NCBI GenBank assembly: GCA_001643675.2
Contig: LSRY02000011.1
Span: 930,001 to 994,000 of the forward strand
Reading direction: 5' to 3'
Length of the DNA stretch: 64,000 bases
From: Monocercomonoides exilis PA203
Lineage: Eukaryota; Protista; Preaxostyla
The position numbers and the translations under genes were made by a program. Each line of letters opens with the position of its first letter. Position 1 is the stretch's first letter. Shown piece by piece: positions 48,449 to 62,923 of the stretch. Under the pieces are notes generated by a model. It made no database searches, was not told the origin of the DNA, and saw only the letters and a list, made by a program, of their open reading frames with translations.

Positions 48449-51400
48449 TTATTCATTTTTATTAACATAAACACTTCCAACAACAAGAACATTACTCAAA
48501 GTGAAGTGGACTCGCTTTATTGATGCATTCTTTGTTTTAAAGCGCTTCAACAAAAATAAAGAAGATATTTCCTTTTCTACTCGCTTTTCTCCATCAAACA
48601 CTTCAACTTCAGTCACCTTCCCAAACCCATCCCTCTTCTTCTTCCTGCCAACTTCTTCTCCTTTCACTAATGGAAGGCCGCAGAGTCTTCTCAGGTCCCA
48701 AAGCGACACCTCTCCATTTTCGTTGCCCAAAGCCACAATTGTGCTTTCCCAGCTGACAGCAACAGACCATATTGGCGAGTCAGATGCACACACAGTTCGA
48801 AACAGAGTAAATTCGCGTGTGTCGTACACATTAAGCTCTCCATTGAAATGAGCAGTCAGAAGCATCAGCCCATTTGGCGAGAAGGTCATGCACGTGATGG
48901 GAGAAGCATTTTCTTTGATAGAATAAAAAGACAGTTCGCAGTTAATCGATACGAAAGAAGGAGATTCAAAAAAAAATTTATAGAATAAAAGAATAATAAA
49001 GAAAGAAGACACAATAAATACCTTGAATGCAATGGATGGATCTTCCAGTATGAACGTTCCAGATGATAATCTTTCCATCGCTGTCGCTTGAAGCCAAGTA
49101 GAGTCCATTCCCACTCCAGCACAGGCAATCCACAGATGCCCTGTGGCCAACAAGCATCCGAATAGCCGAAATGAGGCTGGTGTTCCACACACGCACAACC
49201 CCATCAGACCCGCCAGACGCAAACAGATGATGATTCCCACTGAAACTGACACAGTTAACACCAAAGCCGCAATGAGAGACGCCGCTTCCTCCGCCTGCAG
49301 CACTGCCGGTGCTTCCATAGACACACAGGCAGCTGTTGGTTTCGGTGGAGTAGAGACGGATGTTGCCGTCGTGACACGCTGTGATGAGAAAATGACCATC
49401 TCGTGTAAATGAAGAGGAGAACACAGAGGAGCAATGGCCCATCAGAGGAGAAGTTCGCACTGAAGAAAGAGAAAAATGTAATCATATTAACATTCAAAAA
49501 GTTGTTGAAAGAAAGAAACGAAAAATTAAATGTTTTTGCATAAAGTGTCAAACTTAAAATTAAAAAAAAAGTCATTTCAGACCGTGATAAGAAGAGCTTG
49601 AGAGCATTGGAGGGTTTCCAAACATGTCCAGCAGCTCTGCTGTGAACGGCTGTTCGAGCTGTTTCTTCAAAAAGAAGTCTCTTTGCTTCAATGGAAGACG
49701 GCGGGCACGTTCAGCTGCAAGTGACACAGCTGTCTGAGTAGAAAGAGTAGACGATTGAGAAGAAGAAGAAGAGGCAGAAGACGAAGAGGCAGAAGACGAA
49801 GAAGATGATGATGACGATGAATTGGAAGACGAAGATGAAGCATTCTGATTGGACTGTCCAGATGCTGCTGAACCAGATCCTCCACTTGCATTGCCCGAAT
49901 TCTCACCTTCTTTCCCCTTCCCTGCAGCTCCTGCGCTGTTTCCACCAACAGAATCGTCCTCTTCTTCGTCGCCGTCGTTGCTGAAGTGCCCAATTATGCT
50001 GTGCTTCCGCATCATCTCCACCAGCGCTGCTTCTCTGTCTTTCAGGCGGTGTTCTCTTTCAGCATCCAACTTGATCTGCGAGCGATGCTGTGTCAAATGT
50101 GCTTCTGCTGCCTCTTTTATCACGGGCTGAACAAGCATGCACACCATATGCGAAGCCTGCTGAGGAAGGCGATTATTATTCTTGGAATAAGAATGGGATG
50201 CAGAAGAAGAGGAAGAAGAGGAAGAAGATGATGATGAATGAAGTGTGCTTTGTGAAATGGAAGATGAGGATGTCTTTGATCGTAGTGTTGCTTCTGACAG
50301 ATGTGGAATGATGATTTTCGTCTTTTTCCCTTCGCTCTCTTCGCTCGGCTTCTCCACATCCATTTTGCCTTCCTCTCTTTTTGTCTGCTCTTTCCCCTTT
50401 TCGTCGTAGTCGTCCCACAGCATCATCAGCCCCACCACGCCAAGCACCTCCTGCCGTGTGAGCTGTGTTGTCCGCACAGTCTCAAGCATCCTCCTCCTCT
50501 GCCGTGTGCACTCACTCAGAACAGCCTTCTTTGCTGTCTGCGACTGTCCCAGCTGGCGTCTGATGACTGAAGACATCTGCACACTCTGCCTGTTCAGCTG
50601 CTGGGCAGACACAACCAACGACAAAAGAGTAGACTTCAGAGACTTTTGAAAAGAATGCGCTTTTTCTGGGGGAACTGAGGAGAAATCGAGAGAATTTGAA
50701 TTTGATGAAGAAGAATTGAATGGTAAAACGTTTTGCTGAGATGAAAGAGAAGAAAGAGAAGAAGAAGAAGAAGAAGAAGAAATAGATGATGTGATGTTGG
50801 CAGATGAAGAGTGAAGTGAAATATCAGTTTTTTGTGAAGCTTCCTGTGAATGTGGAGACGAAAGCATCGCAATTTGCTTTGTGATTTTTGCGATCTGCTG
50901 CAGAAAAACCGAGCGAAGTGTCAAAGAAATCCTGAACTTTCTCAACAAATTCAAAAATTGTTTGTTTTGCCCCACGTTCGGTGAATCGCTGGAGTAAAAT
51001 GGATGACTCTTCTTCCTTTTGCTTGTGCGAATATTGTCTATCGAAGAAAGCTTTGACAGTTTTGAAGTCATTTTCCGTTTTGCATGTGCGGCGATGTTAA
51101 TTTCTTCTTTTTCTGTTTCCTTTTTAATCTTCATCCACAACGCAGAGCTTGTCTCTCTCTTTTTCACCTCTTCCTTCGCCAGCTTCAGAACCTGTCCAGC
51201 TGCCATTGCAGTTGCTGCATTCACCGACGAAGCAGCAGAAGAAGAGGAAGAGGCAGAGGAAGAGGCAGACAAAGGATGGAATGTGACATCTTTCCTCTCG
51301 CCATGCACACCCTGCAGAGCAGCATCAGACACAAATGACATCGAATGCAATGGGTCAGAGTCAACAACAACAGTCGAACTGTTCGTAAGCGCCGGGGGAC

Positions 51401-53542
51401 GAGGAAAAGACGAGTGCAGAGGAGACGGGATGGGAGAGGGAACAGGTGGGAACATCGGCTGGGGAACGCCCATTTCCATCTTCTGCTTCATCTGTGAAGA
51501 CATCTGAGAAGACATTTGAGAAGACATCTGTGGCTGAAATGTGGGATAACCTGCTCCAACAACAGGCGGAGGAATGTTTGAGGGTATTGCTGGGAATGGC
51601 TGTGCTGTCTGAAGAGGCGTTGGCTGCTGAGAAGGTTGAGTGCTTTGTGCTTCATCCAAATGTGTGTCTGCTTTTTTGTTGTTGTCTGCTGGTGAGCTTT
51701 TATCATTCTCTTTTTCATTTGCATTTTCTCGCTGCATCGCACTTTTCCTCGTTCGCATTTGTTTTGATTGTGGAGTGTGTTCACTTTCAGCTTCATTCTT
51801 CTCTCTTTCTTTCTCTTTCTCTCTTTCTCTTTCACTTTCTCTTCCTTTTGGATATCTTCCTCGCCTTCCTCTTCTGCCTCTTCTTGATTCTTCCACTTCG
51901 ATCTCTTCCACTTCACTTTCTGGTTTGCCATCGTCCCATTCATCCAAAACAGCAGCTGCCTGCTTCAGCGGCCTTCTCTGTGTGAACTGATTGCCCTGTG
52001 GCCCGCCCATTGGGGTATGAAAAGATGACACAGAAGACAAAGGTATTTGCGACGGTGTTATCATCGAAGGCGCTCCAAACTGGGCAGAAACAGACGATGG
52101 AGCAGGAAAAGGCTGCTGTCCAAACATTGTGCTTGATGGGAAGTAAGTAGCACCAGTCAACGCACCCACAGCAGATGGTGAAAGGATGTTTGATGAAGAA
52201 GAAGTTGGAGTCGGATGAAGAGGAATGTTTGGAGCGCCTCCACCGCCCATCATCTGGCTCATTGATCTATTTGGATTCATTGAAGAGGTTGAAGGTGTCG
52301 AATAAGAAGACGACGAGGAGGAGGAGGAAGAGGAGGAAGAAGAACTAGTATTTGAAGAAGAAGAAGAAGATGTATTATAAGGCTTTCGACTATTCGAATA
52401 GGACTGTCTATTCTGTTGAGATTGTCCTCCATCATTTGCATTTGAGTTAATAACAGAATTTGCTTTCTGCGCTGCCAATTTTCCTTCTTTAATTTCGTTC
52501 AGCTTTTTTGCCTCTGCTTCCTTTTTGGCTTTCTCTTCGTTTTCCTTCTTCATCAGCTCCATTTCATAGCGGTTGAACTCACCAGGATGCTCCATCGGCA
52601 CTTTTCCTATGACTTCTTCTCTGGTGATGCCCATTGCACGGTGGAAGGCGTTGTGGAAGATAAGAGACGCTGATGCGATGGCCAGTGGGGACAGACGGTG
52701 GTGTGTGCTGATGTTCCACAGACGAGCTGCGGGCGAGTTTGGAGAAGCAGACACGCTTGACAATGAATGGCAAGTGCATATCAGTGAACAATCAGGAGAA
52801 AATACAATGTCTGTGATGCTGATGATATGCAAACGAACAAATAATAAGATTAATGCGAACGAATATTGTTAGTTATAACAAGAACATACTTTGCAAGGCT
52901 TGCTTTACCGCCTTCAACAGGCGTTTCTCCATTATCTCGAAAAGTGAAAACAAGAATATCAGGAAGAGTGGCTGTAGAATGGCCTTCCTCTTCTTCCTTT
53001 TTCATCAACCCCTTTGCAATTCTGGTAAATAGCAGTTCTTTTTGTTGTTCTCTAGAAATGTCAGTGCCTGCCTCAACAACAGTTCCATTTGACATCAGAA
53101 GCTCTGAAGCAATACTTGCTCTGTCGAACATCGTTGCATTAGTTTCACCCTGCAGTTGTGCTCTTGATCTTATACAATCTTCCATGAATTGTTCAGTTTC
53201 AGGATGCAAAGTCGGTTCTTCCATCACAAGTTCTTCCTCTTCCACAATATTTTTTTGTTCTATTCTTGAAGCATGTGCAATTGACATATAATCGGGAACT
53301 TTATGTACAGGAGCTTGTTCCCCTTTCTTTTTTTTAGACTTTCTTTTCCCTTCATCTTTATTAAATACACCAATCATAAGATCAAGCAAATTTTCTTCTT
53401 CATTTTCCTCTTGCGCTGAGCGCCCATATATTGCTTTTGAAATACTTCCAATGGTTGGATCTTGTATATTTCCCCACCATTGCATTTTTTTAGAACCTTT
53501 AGAACCTTGGTTCTTTTTCTTCGAATAAATATCTTTGCTCAT
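48449..53542 (-). CDS. TAF5: TFIID subunit 5-like WD40 protein with a ~1000-aa insertion (4 exons)
   Basis: Introns at 52819-52889, 49460-49582 and 48913-49021. LPDILVFTF before WD1; WD repeats LMGHCSSVFSSSFTRDGHFLITACHDGNIRLYS, ASGGSDGVVRVWN and LVGHRASVDCLCWSGNGLYLASSDSDGKIIIWN; TAF5-typical C-terminus LLKRFKTKNASIKRVHFTLSNVLVVG. Confidence 0.72.
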
Positions 53543-54000
53543 TTTCTTTAAAATATTCTATCTAATTGTAATCAAATAATGAAGATGAAAATAAACTTAA
53601 AACATTTTATAAAATAAGGAGAATGAAAATAACTTTTATATTACCTCTGATGTCCCTTTGTAAGATAAAACGATATAAATTAAAAATAATAATAAGCAGT
53701 GATAAAATATGGGCCCTTGACAATTGTTTGTTTATTGAATATTTATTAAATAATAAGGATGTTCAAGTCTTATTTGCTTTATCAAAAAATTGGATCAAAT
53801 TTGCCATCACTTTATAACGAAAATAATCTTTCGTTTAATTTACATTGTGAGTTGTGCTGTTGTGGAGTTAAACGACATTTAATTTTACACATATATTTTA
53901 GACTATTTTCAACTTGGTTTGCTTTATAAATCTTTTTTGTAACCTTAGAAATTTTGAAATGTTAGTTTTATTCTTTTGTTCGCTTTTTATTCGATAAGTC
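53543..54000. promoter_or_regulatory. AT-rich divergent intergenic region / putative bidirectional promoter
   Basis: 458 bp between the head-to-head TAF5-like and NEK start codons. Confidence 0.45.
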
Positions 54001-57000
54001 ATGTCCCAATCAACATTGGCTGACTTTGAAATAAAAAAACTTCTTGGAAGAGGAAGCTATGGAGAAGTTTTTGTTGTGAGAAGAAAAGCTGACGGAGGAA
54101 CATATTGCATGAAACAAATCAATATTGCTCAACTAACACAGTTATGCAGAATTAGTATTTGTTAATTTTTATTCTAATGTTATGGATTTATAGAAAAGAA
54201 AGAGAAGACACTGTCAAAGAATGCTTTCTTTTAGCACAAATCGATTCTCCATTTGTTGTTAAGTATTATGACTCATTTTTTGATAAAGGATTGCTTAATA
54301 TTGTAATGGAATATGCGGACCAAGGAAATCTTGCTGAATATCTTAAAGTTTGCCGCCAATTTGTAATGTTATTTTTTAAATTTAACGAAAAAATAGAAGC
54401 AGAAAGATATTAGAAAACCGATTCATGAAGATATTATATGGAAATTTTTTCTGGAAATGGCGCTTGGAATACATCGTATGAATAATTTGACAATTTCTTT
54501 AATAATTTTTTACCTTTCTTGCTTGATGCATTTGTGCATTAGATATTCATTGCAAACATATAATCCATCGAGATATCAAAACACTAAATATTTTCCTTGG
54601 GCACAACAACACGTTTGGATTTCATTTTTTAATGAATTTCTTTTTTTGATGTGAATGATCTTTTTATCGTTGTTTTGATTTTACTGCAACATATCATCTT
54701 TCTGTATTAAATAGTGTAAAGATTGGTGATCTTGGTGTTGCTCGAACACTCACAGCATCTTCCCCATTTGCCTCGACACTGATCGGAACTCCATATTATC
54801 TTTCACCTGAGCTTGTGAAAGGAGAGAAGTACAATGAACAGAGTGATGTGTGGGCGTTGGGTGTTGTTGTGTTTGAGCTAGCCACGTTTTCCAAGCCATT
54901 CGATGCGCAGAACCAAGGGGCACTCATTATGCGCATAATGGAAGCCAAACCAATGACTATCCCGACATCTGCACGAAATGAAGACGATTCAGGAAAAGAC
55001 GGAGCTTCTCCCTTTTGTTGGGGCGTTCAGTCGTCTTCCTCCTCCTCTTCATCAGATGAGCCCTCTCTTGTTTCTGTACCTGTCACCTCTGCCCCGTCTG
55101 CCCCAACACCCAATCCTGGCTGGAATGGCATGCGATATTCTGCCCTTCTCTCCTCAACTGTTGCTGCGATGCTCATCGGAGACCCCAAAAAGCGCCTGAC
55201 GCTTCCTCAGCTTTTGTCAAATCCGCTTGTCATCCAAAAGGGGAAGAAGCTGGGAATGTCGTGGCCGATTCCGATGGGCGGAATAAAAGTCGAAAGAATG
55301 TTAGCATCTTCAGCCACACAACAGCAACAACAAAATCCACAGACAGGATTGTCACAGCACAGCCGCTCTCAATCAGACTCCCCTTTTTCTGCTTCTCCTT
55401 CTTCGCCTTCCTCAAATCCCCCTCTGAACTCGTTTTCTGCTGCAGCAAAACCAAAAACAGCCGGAAAAAGCAGATTAGCTCCTCCAAAAACAGCGTCAAG
55501 TGCATCCAATTCTCCTTCTTCTGCTTCGGAGTTTCTTCCTCCTTCGTCTTCGGCTGTGCCACCTGCCAACATTTCTCATTCACATCACTCTTCTGTTGCT
55601 TCTCTTGTATCTCCAAAGTTTGCTCCTTCAAAACCTCCTTCTCGCGTCCAGGTGGTTCCTGCCACTTCTTTCACACCTTCTCATCTTGGATCTTCTCATT
55701 CATCACAATCATCGTCATCTTCTTCTTCTTCGTCCTCCTCCTCTTCATCATCACCTCATTCTGCTCATCTTGCCCATTCTCCCTCTCCTTCGCCATTTCA
55801 GCCATCTCTTTCTCCTCATTCTCATCTCCAGTCACCTTCTGCCTCTCCTCACCCTTCTTTCCAGCCATTCAAAGCACAACCTGCATTGAAGTCACGCAAA
55901 GTGCTCATTCCACCGCCAACTGCCCCGCCTTCCACATCTTCTTCTCCCTCTTGTCAGTTCGTCATCGGAACACACTCACCAGCCAGATTTCCTTCACTCG
56001 CGGCGACTCATTCACCACAGGATCATCTACAGTCGCATTCTCCTTCACACCCTCATGTCGCTGCTTCAAGTATCATTTCAACGCCATCTTCTTCTCGCCC
56101 TGTGACTTCTTCTTCTTCCTCTCCTTCTTCTTCTGTTCAATCTGATACTCCACCAGACACTCCGTCAAACATCCAATCACATCAGAAGCTACCTCCTCTT
56201 TCTGAAACACGTTCTACTTCTTCTCCTTCACACCAACAAATTCCTTCATCATCATCATCTTCTTCTTCTTTTTCTTCTCCATCCACTGTTTCCAATACAC
56301 CTCACAAAAGAATCACTTCAATCCAATCTTCTTCCAACCATCCTCTTCATCATCAGCATTCACCTTCACTTCAACCTTCTTCTTCTTCCTCTTCCTCTTC
56401 TCCTTCTCCTTCGTCCATTTCATGTCAGCCAAAGAAAAAGAAGCCAAAGGCAACAGCAGAATCTGAAGAGACTGTTTCTGTACGCTTCTTCTACCCACCT
56501 GACTCCACTGGCTTCTCCATCTTCGAGTCTTCTGTTCCTCCTCACCAGCCTTCTTCTTCTTCTTCGTCTTCTCTTTCTCGTTCTGTTTCTGAGCCTCTTT
56601 CGCGCCTCGACGGTTCAACAAGACCAGTTTCAGCTTCTGCCATCAGCATCCGCAGCTCAGGTGTTTGTGCAGCTCCATCTGTTTCTTCTCCATCTGCAGC
56701 ACTTTCATCATCATCATCATCTTCTTCTTCTTCTTCGCCTTCATCTGCTTCTGCGAATGCAGCTGCTCGCAGGCCAAAGACGACAGCTGTTGACAGAAGC
56801 AGAAGCAGCCACAGCAACAGCAATAAAAGCAATGGTGTCTCTTTTGAGCGCAACCAACAAAATTCTTCTTCTTCTTCTTCTTCTTCTGGAAAGGCTCAAA
56901 TGAAACATTCACCTGATTTTCCGAGCATCCAAAAGACTGCCTGGCAGATTGCAGAGGAGAAAGCGATGCAGCGTGCAGTGGAAGCAGAGCTGGCGAGGAA

Positions 57001-59479
57001 AGAAGAGGAAGAGAAGAGCAAAAGAGAAGAAGAGTATCAGCGGCAGAGGGCAGCAGATGCGCTGGCTGTGATTGAGTTTCTGGGGGGAGAAGAGCTTGTG
57101 AAGCAGACAGCAACGAAGCTGGCAGAGTTAGGGACAACTGTGTTGGGAGAGGAAGGGAAAGACACAGAGAGGAAAGGGGGTGGAATGGGAGAGGAAGGAG
57201 AGAGAAAGGAGAAGGAGAAGGAGAACATGAGAGAAGGAGAAAAAGAGAAAGAGAATGCAAAAGAGAAGATTAATGACAAAAATACGGGAGCTGATTCAGA
57301 ACATAAAAAAGGGAAGACTCCAAAAGTGTCTGCAGAAATTGATCCGGCAGAAGTGATTTCGGATGAAGAGAAAGCGAAACTTGCAGTTGAAGCAGCGATG
57401 TTGGCATACACTCGCCAGAAGCTGAAGGAAGAGAAAGAGAAAGAGCGCAACAGATCAGATGACGAGGTCGAAGGAGAGAGACAAGGCGATCCAAACGAAG
57501 AAGACGCAGATGGAAGCGACGATTCGAACTCGATAGAGGTCAATTGGATGCGCGATAGCAACGGCAACCTTCGAATTCTGTCTTCTTCTGTTGGATTGGG
57601 ATCGATGGCTGGTGGAATTGGTGGTGTGGACGAGGAGGAAATCAAGTTTGCAGACGATGATGCTGGGCTGAGTGAAAAGGAGCGAAGGAAGAGAAGAAGA
57701 GAAGAAGCTGTGAAGAGAGGCATTGAAGAGGCAGCAGCGATTGGGCGAATGAAGAGAGAGAGAAAAGGGCTGAACGGAAGAGGAGGAGGTATATCTTTTG
57801 TTCCATCCTCATCCTCATTATCATCATCATCATCTTCTTCTTCTTCTTCTTCCTCTGTCTCATCCTCCAAAGTGCAATCATCGTATAATTCAGCGCTGTC
57901 TCAACCGCGCCGCCGCTCTCCTTTTTTAGGCCGAGCAGGCGCTGATGCCTCTTCCAACAGAGATGTGCTGTCGTGTGGGGCATCGGTGCCTGCTGTTGAT
58001 CCTTTGAAGCCATTTCTGGGGCAGCCATCGCGTCTGTCTAATGTTCTGCATTCACGTTCATCATCATCATCATCATCATCATCTTCTTCTTCTTCTTCTT
58101 CTTCTTCTTCTTCTTCTTCTTCTTCTTCTTCTTCTTCTGCATTGACCAAAATCCACACACGATCGAAGAGCAGAGGCAAAGAGCAGGCAAAGAGCAGAAG
58201 CCGAAGCAGAGACAGAGTGCAGAAACGAGAAAGTCCAGTTCTCTCAGGCAAAATTGGAGTGAAGAAGAAGAAGAAGGGCAAAAAGGGAGAGATGAAGGTT
58301 GTGGGTGTAGCGTTGGGTGTCTCATGTGCTGATGCAGAGGAAGAGAAAAAAATGGCTGGCAAAATGACAGGCGGAGGGATCACGCTGAAGAAAAAGAGAA
58401 GAAAAACCCCAACTTCAAACATCGAAATTGACAAGCTGATGAATCGGAGGAATTCGACAAGCAGCAGAGACAACAATGGACAAACAGAAGAAAATGAAGA
58501 AAATGACAACAATGAGAATATGCGCAAAGACATTGTTGGTTCAAAGCCGCACAGGTTCAATCCAATTCGCAGAAGGTCAAATGATTTGAATGAATTTGAT
58601 GAAGACGCTGCTTTTGATGAGAGCTGTGACAATGAAGAAGGAGAGGAAGAAAGCGAAAGAAGTGAAGAAGAAGAAGAAGAAAATGAAACAGAAATGGACA
58701 GGTTTTTAAGAGAAGAAAGAGAGCGAAGAGAAAGAGAGGAGGAAGAGAGGAAGAAAAAGGAAGAGGAAGAGAAGAAGATGAAGATTGTTGAAGAAAACAG
58801 AGAATGGGAGCAGATGCAAATGGAATCAGAAGACAAAAAGGGAATTGTGGGGAATGATTGGACAGCAACAACAAAGACTGAAAATGAAAAGGAAGAAGAG
58901 ACTAAAGAAGAGACTAAAGAGGGGAATGTAGAAGAGAATGAAAAAAATGCAGCTGATGAAACGGAAGCGAAAGAAGGAAAAGCAACTGAAAGAGATGCTG
59001 ATGATAAAAGTGAACAGGATGAATATTTCAATGAAGAAGCAAGTCATCAAATAGAAGAAACACATAATTCAAATGAGGAACAGAATGAAGAAACGAATTT
59101 TGAAATGAAAAATGATGATTTGCTGGAGGAAGAGTACGAAGACGATTTTGTGGAGTTTGAGGAGGAAGATGCAGAAAATGAAAGCAACCAAAAAGAAAGA
59201 GAAGAAGAGAGTGAAGGCTTCAAAGAAGAAAGAAGCGAAGAGTGTGACAGTTTGGAAAGTGAGCAAGCTGAAGAGAATGAAGAGCTGAGGAAGACTTGGA
59301 TTGAAGAGCAACAGGAACAGATGGGATTGATCCTTCAATCTGATCTGGAAGATGCAGAAAAGCAGAACGAAGAAGAGAATTTGAATGCGGATTTGGACGA
59401 AGAAGAAGCACTTAATCCTTCAGAGATGCTTCTGAAAGGAGCATCAGAAGGCAGTGCAAATGATCTTCCTGTCGAATAG
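54001..59479 (+). CDS. NIMA-related (NEK) Ser/Thr kinase with a very long low-complexity tail (5 exons)
   Basis: MSQSTLADFEIKKLLGRGSYGEV, YCMKQI, IVMEYADQGNL, IIHRDIKTLNIFL, VKIGDLGVARTL, IGTPYYLSPE, YNEQSDVWALG, joined by four short GT-AG introns between ~54140 and 54715. Confidence 0.92.
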
Positions 59480-59895
59480 CTTTGATCGCCAATGAGCACA
59501 ACTGAATAAACTCTTATAATCTTTTATCCTTCCCATGTGTATTTTTATTGAAGTTAGTATTTATGTGTGTATGTGTCTTTCTTTTAATTGATTGAATAGC
59601 AACAAATTAATATATTGATTCTCAATCAGAACATCTTATCATTTCTATCAAACAAAAAAACAAAAAGAAAGAAAGAAAGAAAAAATCAAAATCGAAAATA
59701 CCTTTTTCAACATTTCACAATCAAAACAAAATGAAATAAAATGAAACAACAAAACAAGAAAAAAAGGAAGAAAGAAAGTGGGTGAAGTGTGTGTTCTGGT
59801 GAAGTGCAAATGGCAGCTCCTTCTTTTTTTTCTCATCATTTTCTCTCATCATTTTCTTCTGTTGTTTTCTCCAATTGTTTTCTCCAATTGTTCTC

Positions 59896-61280
59896 TCACA
59901 TCATCGCTGCCCGGCTCCGATACTTCGCAATCGCTGCATCAATGTCCTCGCACGCTTTCTGCTTCCATCACAAAAATCAATAAAAATGTCATTCTCTTTC
60001 ACATCTCGTCTCTTCTTTCCTTTCAAAATCTCAACTCCAAATCCAACTCCAAACACAAAATCAAAAAGGAAAAAATGAAAAGATCAAATAAAACTTCCAC
60101 CTCATCCACCTCATCTACACACACACACACACACACCTCTGTCTGGTGGATCAGAAAGTCCATCTCCCGCGCCATGTCTCCCACCCCACTCGCACGCGGG
60201 TTGCTCACTGAACAGAATGACGTTGACACCTGATTCTTCTCCTTCCCTTTCACCTCGTAAAACTTGTCCTGCCCCATCCCATCCCCCAAAAAATCAAAAT
60301 AAAATAAAATAAAATAAAATAAACAATTAATAACAAATCAAAAAGGTTTCAAAAGAATTCATCCTCTTCTTTTCCTCCTCCAAAGCCACACACCATCATC
60401 TTCACTCCATGGATGTCTCGCTCCCGCCCTTCCTGCTTCCCCAGCGCCGGCACCCCCCGCACTGCCCGGTCCACCCGCTTGTACGACGGGTTGTATGTCT
60501 GCTCCCATCCCCCAACAATAACAATAACATAAACAAAAAAAGAGAGAAAAAGAAATAAGCATCACATTGTCTTCATGATCATTCCGCCACAGCTCTGGCC
60601 GCTGCTCCCGCGTCCCCAGAAACGATGTCCGCGTCCTTTTCCACCCGCACCCAAAGATATAAAAATGAATAAATATATAGAAAAAAAATTGAGCAAGGGC
60701 CATGCCGTTGCTTCGTGAGCGTGTCTTTCGTGTCGTAGATGATGTCTGTCACCGGCTGCACCAGCGATGTCTCCGGCCTCGACGTCTTCGCAATGTTCGG
60801 CGTCCCCACGTGCGCGTCCGTCACCGTGTACTTCGGGTCGTATGTCTGCCCTCCCCGAAAAAGCAAAACAGCAACAGCAATAATAATAATGATTAAAATG
60901 GAAAGAATACATTTATTTTGTTCGCAAACCTTGTCCACCCCTGCACGCACCGCTGTCCCCCGCTTGTCCTTCGAGAACGGATACACCACCTTCCGCGCCT
61001 TCACCACGTCCACGCTCGCCGTGCTGCACCCCAGCAACAGAAAAGCAACAAATTAGAAAAAACTGTTAAAACACAGCCAAAGGGCCTTCCCACGCCTGAA
61101 GTCTGCGCTGTACTGCACCCCCCGCAACGCCCCACCACATGCAAAGCAAAGTCAAAAACAAATCGAGAAAAGCCAAGCAAAAACACAAACATCTGTGCTC
61201 GCCTTCGATATCTTCGGCTCCCGCTTCCGCATGTACCCCGGCACCCCGGCCTCCAGCCCTGCTGCTGCATACGAGTCCAT
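59896..61280 (-). CDS. Basic repeat protein (copy 2)
   Basis: Mirror of 46612-47997. Confidence 0.7.
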
Positions 61281-61497
61281 CCGGTTCCCAGTCTGTCAGC
61301 AGGCACAAGCACCCGCAAGCCCAGAAAAAAGGCTGATAAAAAATAACAAAAAAACAATTGGGCCCATACTCCCCCAAATGCCCTTTTTCGCACCAGAAAA
61401 TGGCCCTGCAGCGCGTGCCACAGGGCAGGCAGCGCATCTGGGAAAGGGGGTGTTTCGGGGTGTTTCGGGGGTTTTGGGTGTTGGAGACCCGTAATAA

Positions 61498-62884
61498 ATG
61501 GCGTTTGTGGATTTGCTGAGATTTTTGAGTTTTCTTCGCGTGGTGTGCGTGATGGGGCTGGGCAGTGCAGAGCTGGTGTCGGTGACGATCCTTACGCGGC
61601 ATGGTGTGCACCGCGTGTTTTGCAGGGGCTGTGCCCTGCACGGTCGAACAAACTGATTTTTTCTGTTTTTTGCTGTTGCTGTTGTTGCAGGGGACCGGAC
61701 GCCGTATGCGAACTTGGCGGGGCTGACGCAGTGGGCGCAGAACGGGGTGCTGACGGAGCGGGGGATGGAGCAGCTGTATGTGCTGGGGCAGACGCTGCGG
61801 GCGCACTACGGGGCGTTCCTGCCGGCGGAGTACTCGGGGAGCGCGGTGCACGTGCGGTCGTCGGACGTGGAGCGGTGCCTGATGTCCACGTGGTCGCTGC
61901 ACGCGGGGCTGTTCCCGCACAAGGCGCAGCGGCAGGCAGGAGCGGGGCAGAAGGAGGCTGGCGAGGGGATTGCGCTGCCCGAGGTGTTCCAGACAGTCCC
62001 GATCGAGACGGTGCCTGGGAAGGAGGAGTATCTGCTGAAGGGGTACTCTGCGTGGTGTGTCTTATTTTTTTGGCTGTTCAATGAAAATTATATTTTTTTT
62101 TTTATTTGAAATGGAATGAGCAGTGCTGTGACAGAAAGGCTGTTTGGGAACTGGATGAAGACGGAGGAGGCGGCAGGGATCCTGAAGAAGTACGAGGAGG
62201 CGCGGGCAGAGGCGAAGGCGCGGTACGGGGTAGAGATCGACTTTGCGACGGTGGAGGATGTGGTGGATGCGATGAATGTGGAGGTGGAGCACAAGTGTGA
62301 AAAGCAGAATTCATTCATTTTTTCTTTATTTTTTTTTCCATTGAAAAATGGGGTGGTGCTGGGTGTGCAGCACGGAGAAGGCGACGGAGGAGCTGAAGGT
62401 GCTGCTGGGGAAGCTGGAGGGGCTGCAGCACGAGGGGCGGAAGTTCTATTTTGCAGTGAACAACACGCTGTGGAAGCAGGCGACGCTGGGGAAGCTGTTT
62501 GAAGAGGTAATTTTGGAATTCGCTTTTTTCTTTTTTGATATTTTGAAAAGATGAAAAGAGAGGAGAAGGGTTGTCATTTGCAATTACAAAAAAGAAAATG
62601 TTATTTTCGAAGTTGTTATTTTTTGGTGGTGGAAATGATGAAAAACATTTTTGAATTCTGATTATTTGTCTGTCTTTGTCTTTTGTGAAGATCTTTTCAG
62701 TGAATCCTGCACGGACAGCAGAGGCGCTGGAGGCCGAGCCGGCGCGGCCGCACATCAAGCTGCACCACTACTCGGCACACGACACGACGCTGGACATGGT
62801 GCTGCGGGGCCTGGGGCATGTGGCGTCGAAGATCCCGTATTATGGGAGTGTGGTGATTGTGGAGCTGCACCGGCGGAGTGGAGG

Positions 62885-62923
<39 letters not shown>

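Noticed and set aside
55230-59411. Long minus-strand and alternate-frame ORFs over the NEK tail
   Set aside because: Shadows of TCT/TCA/GAA low-complexity coding sequence.
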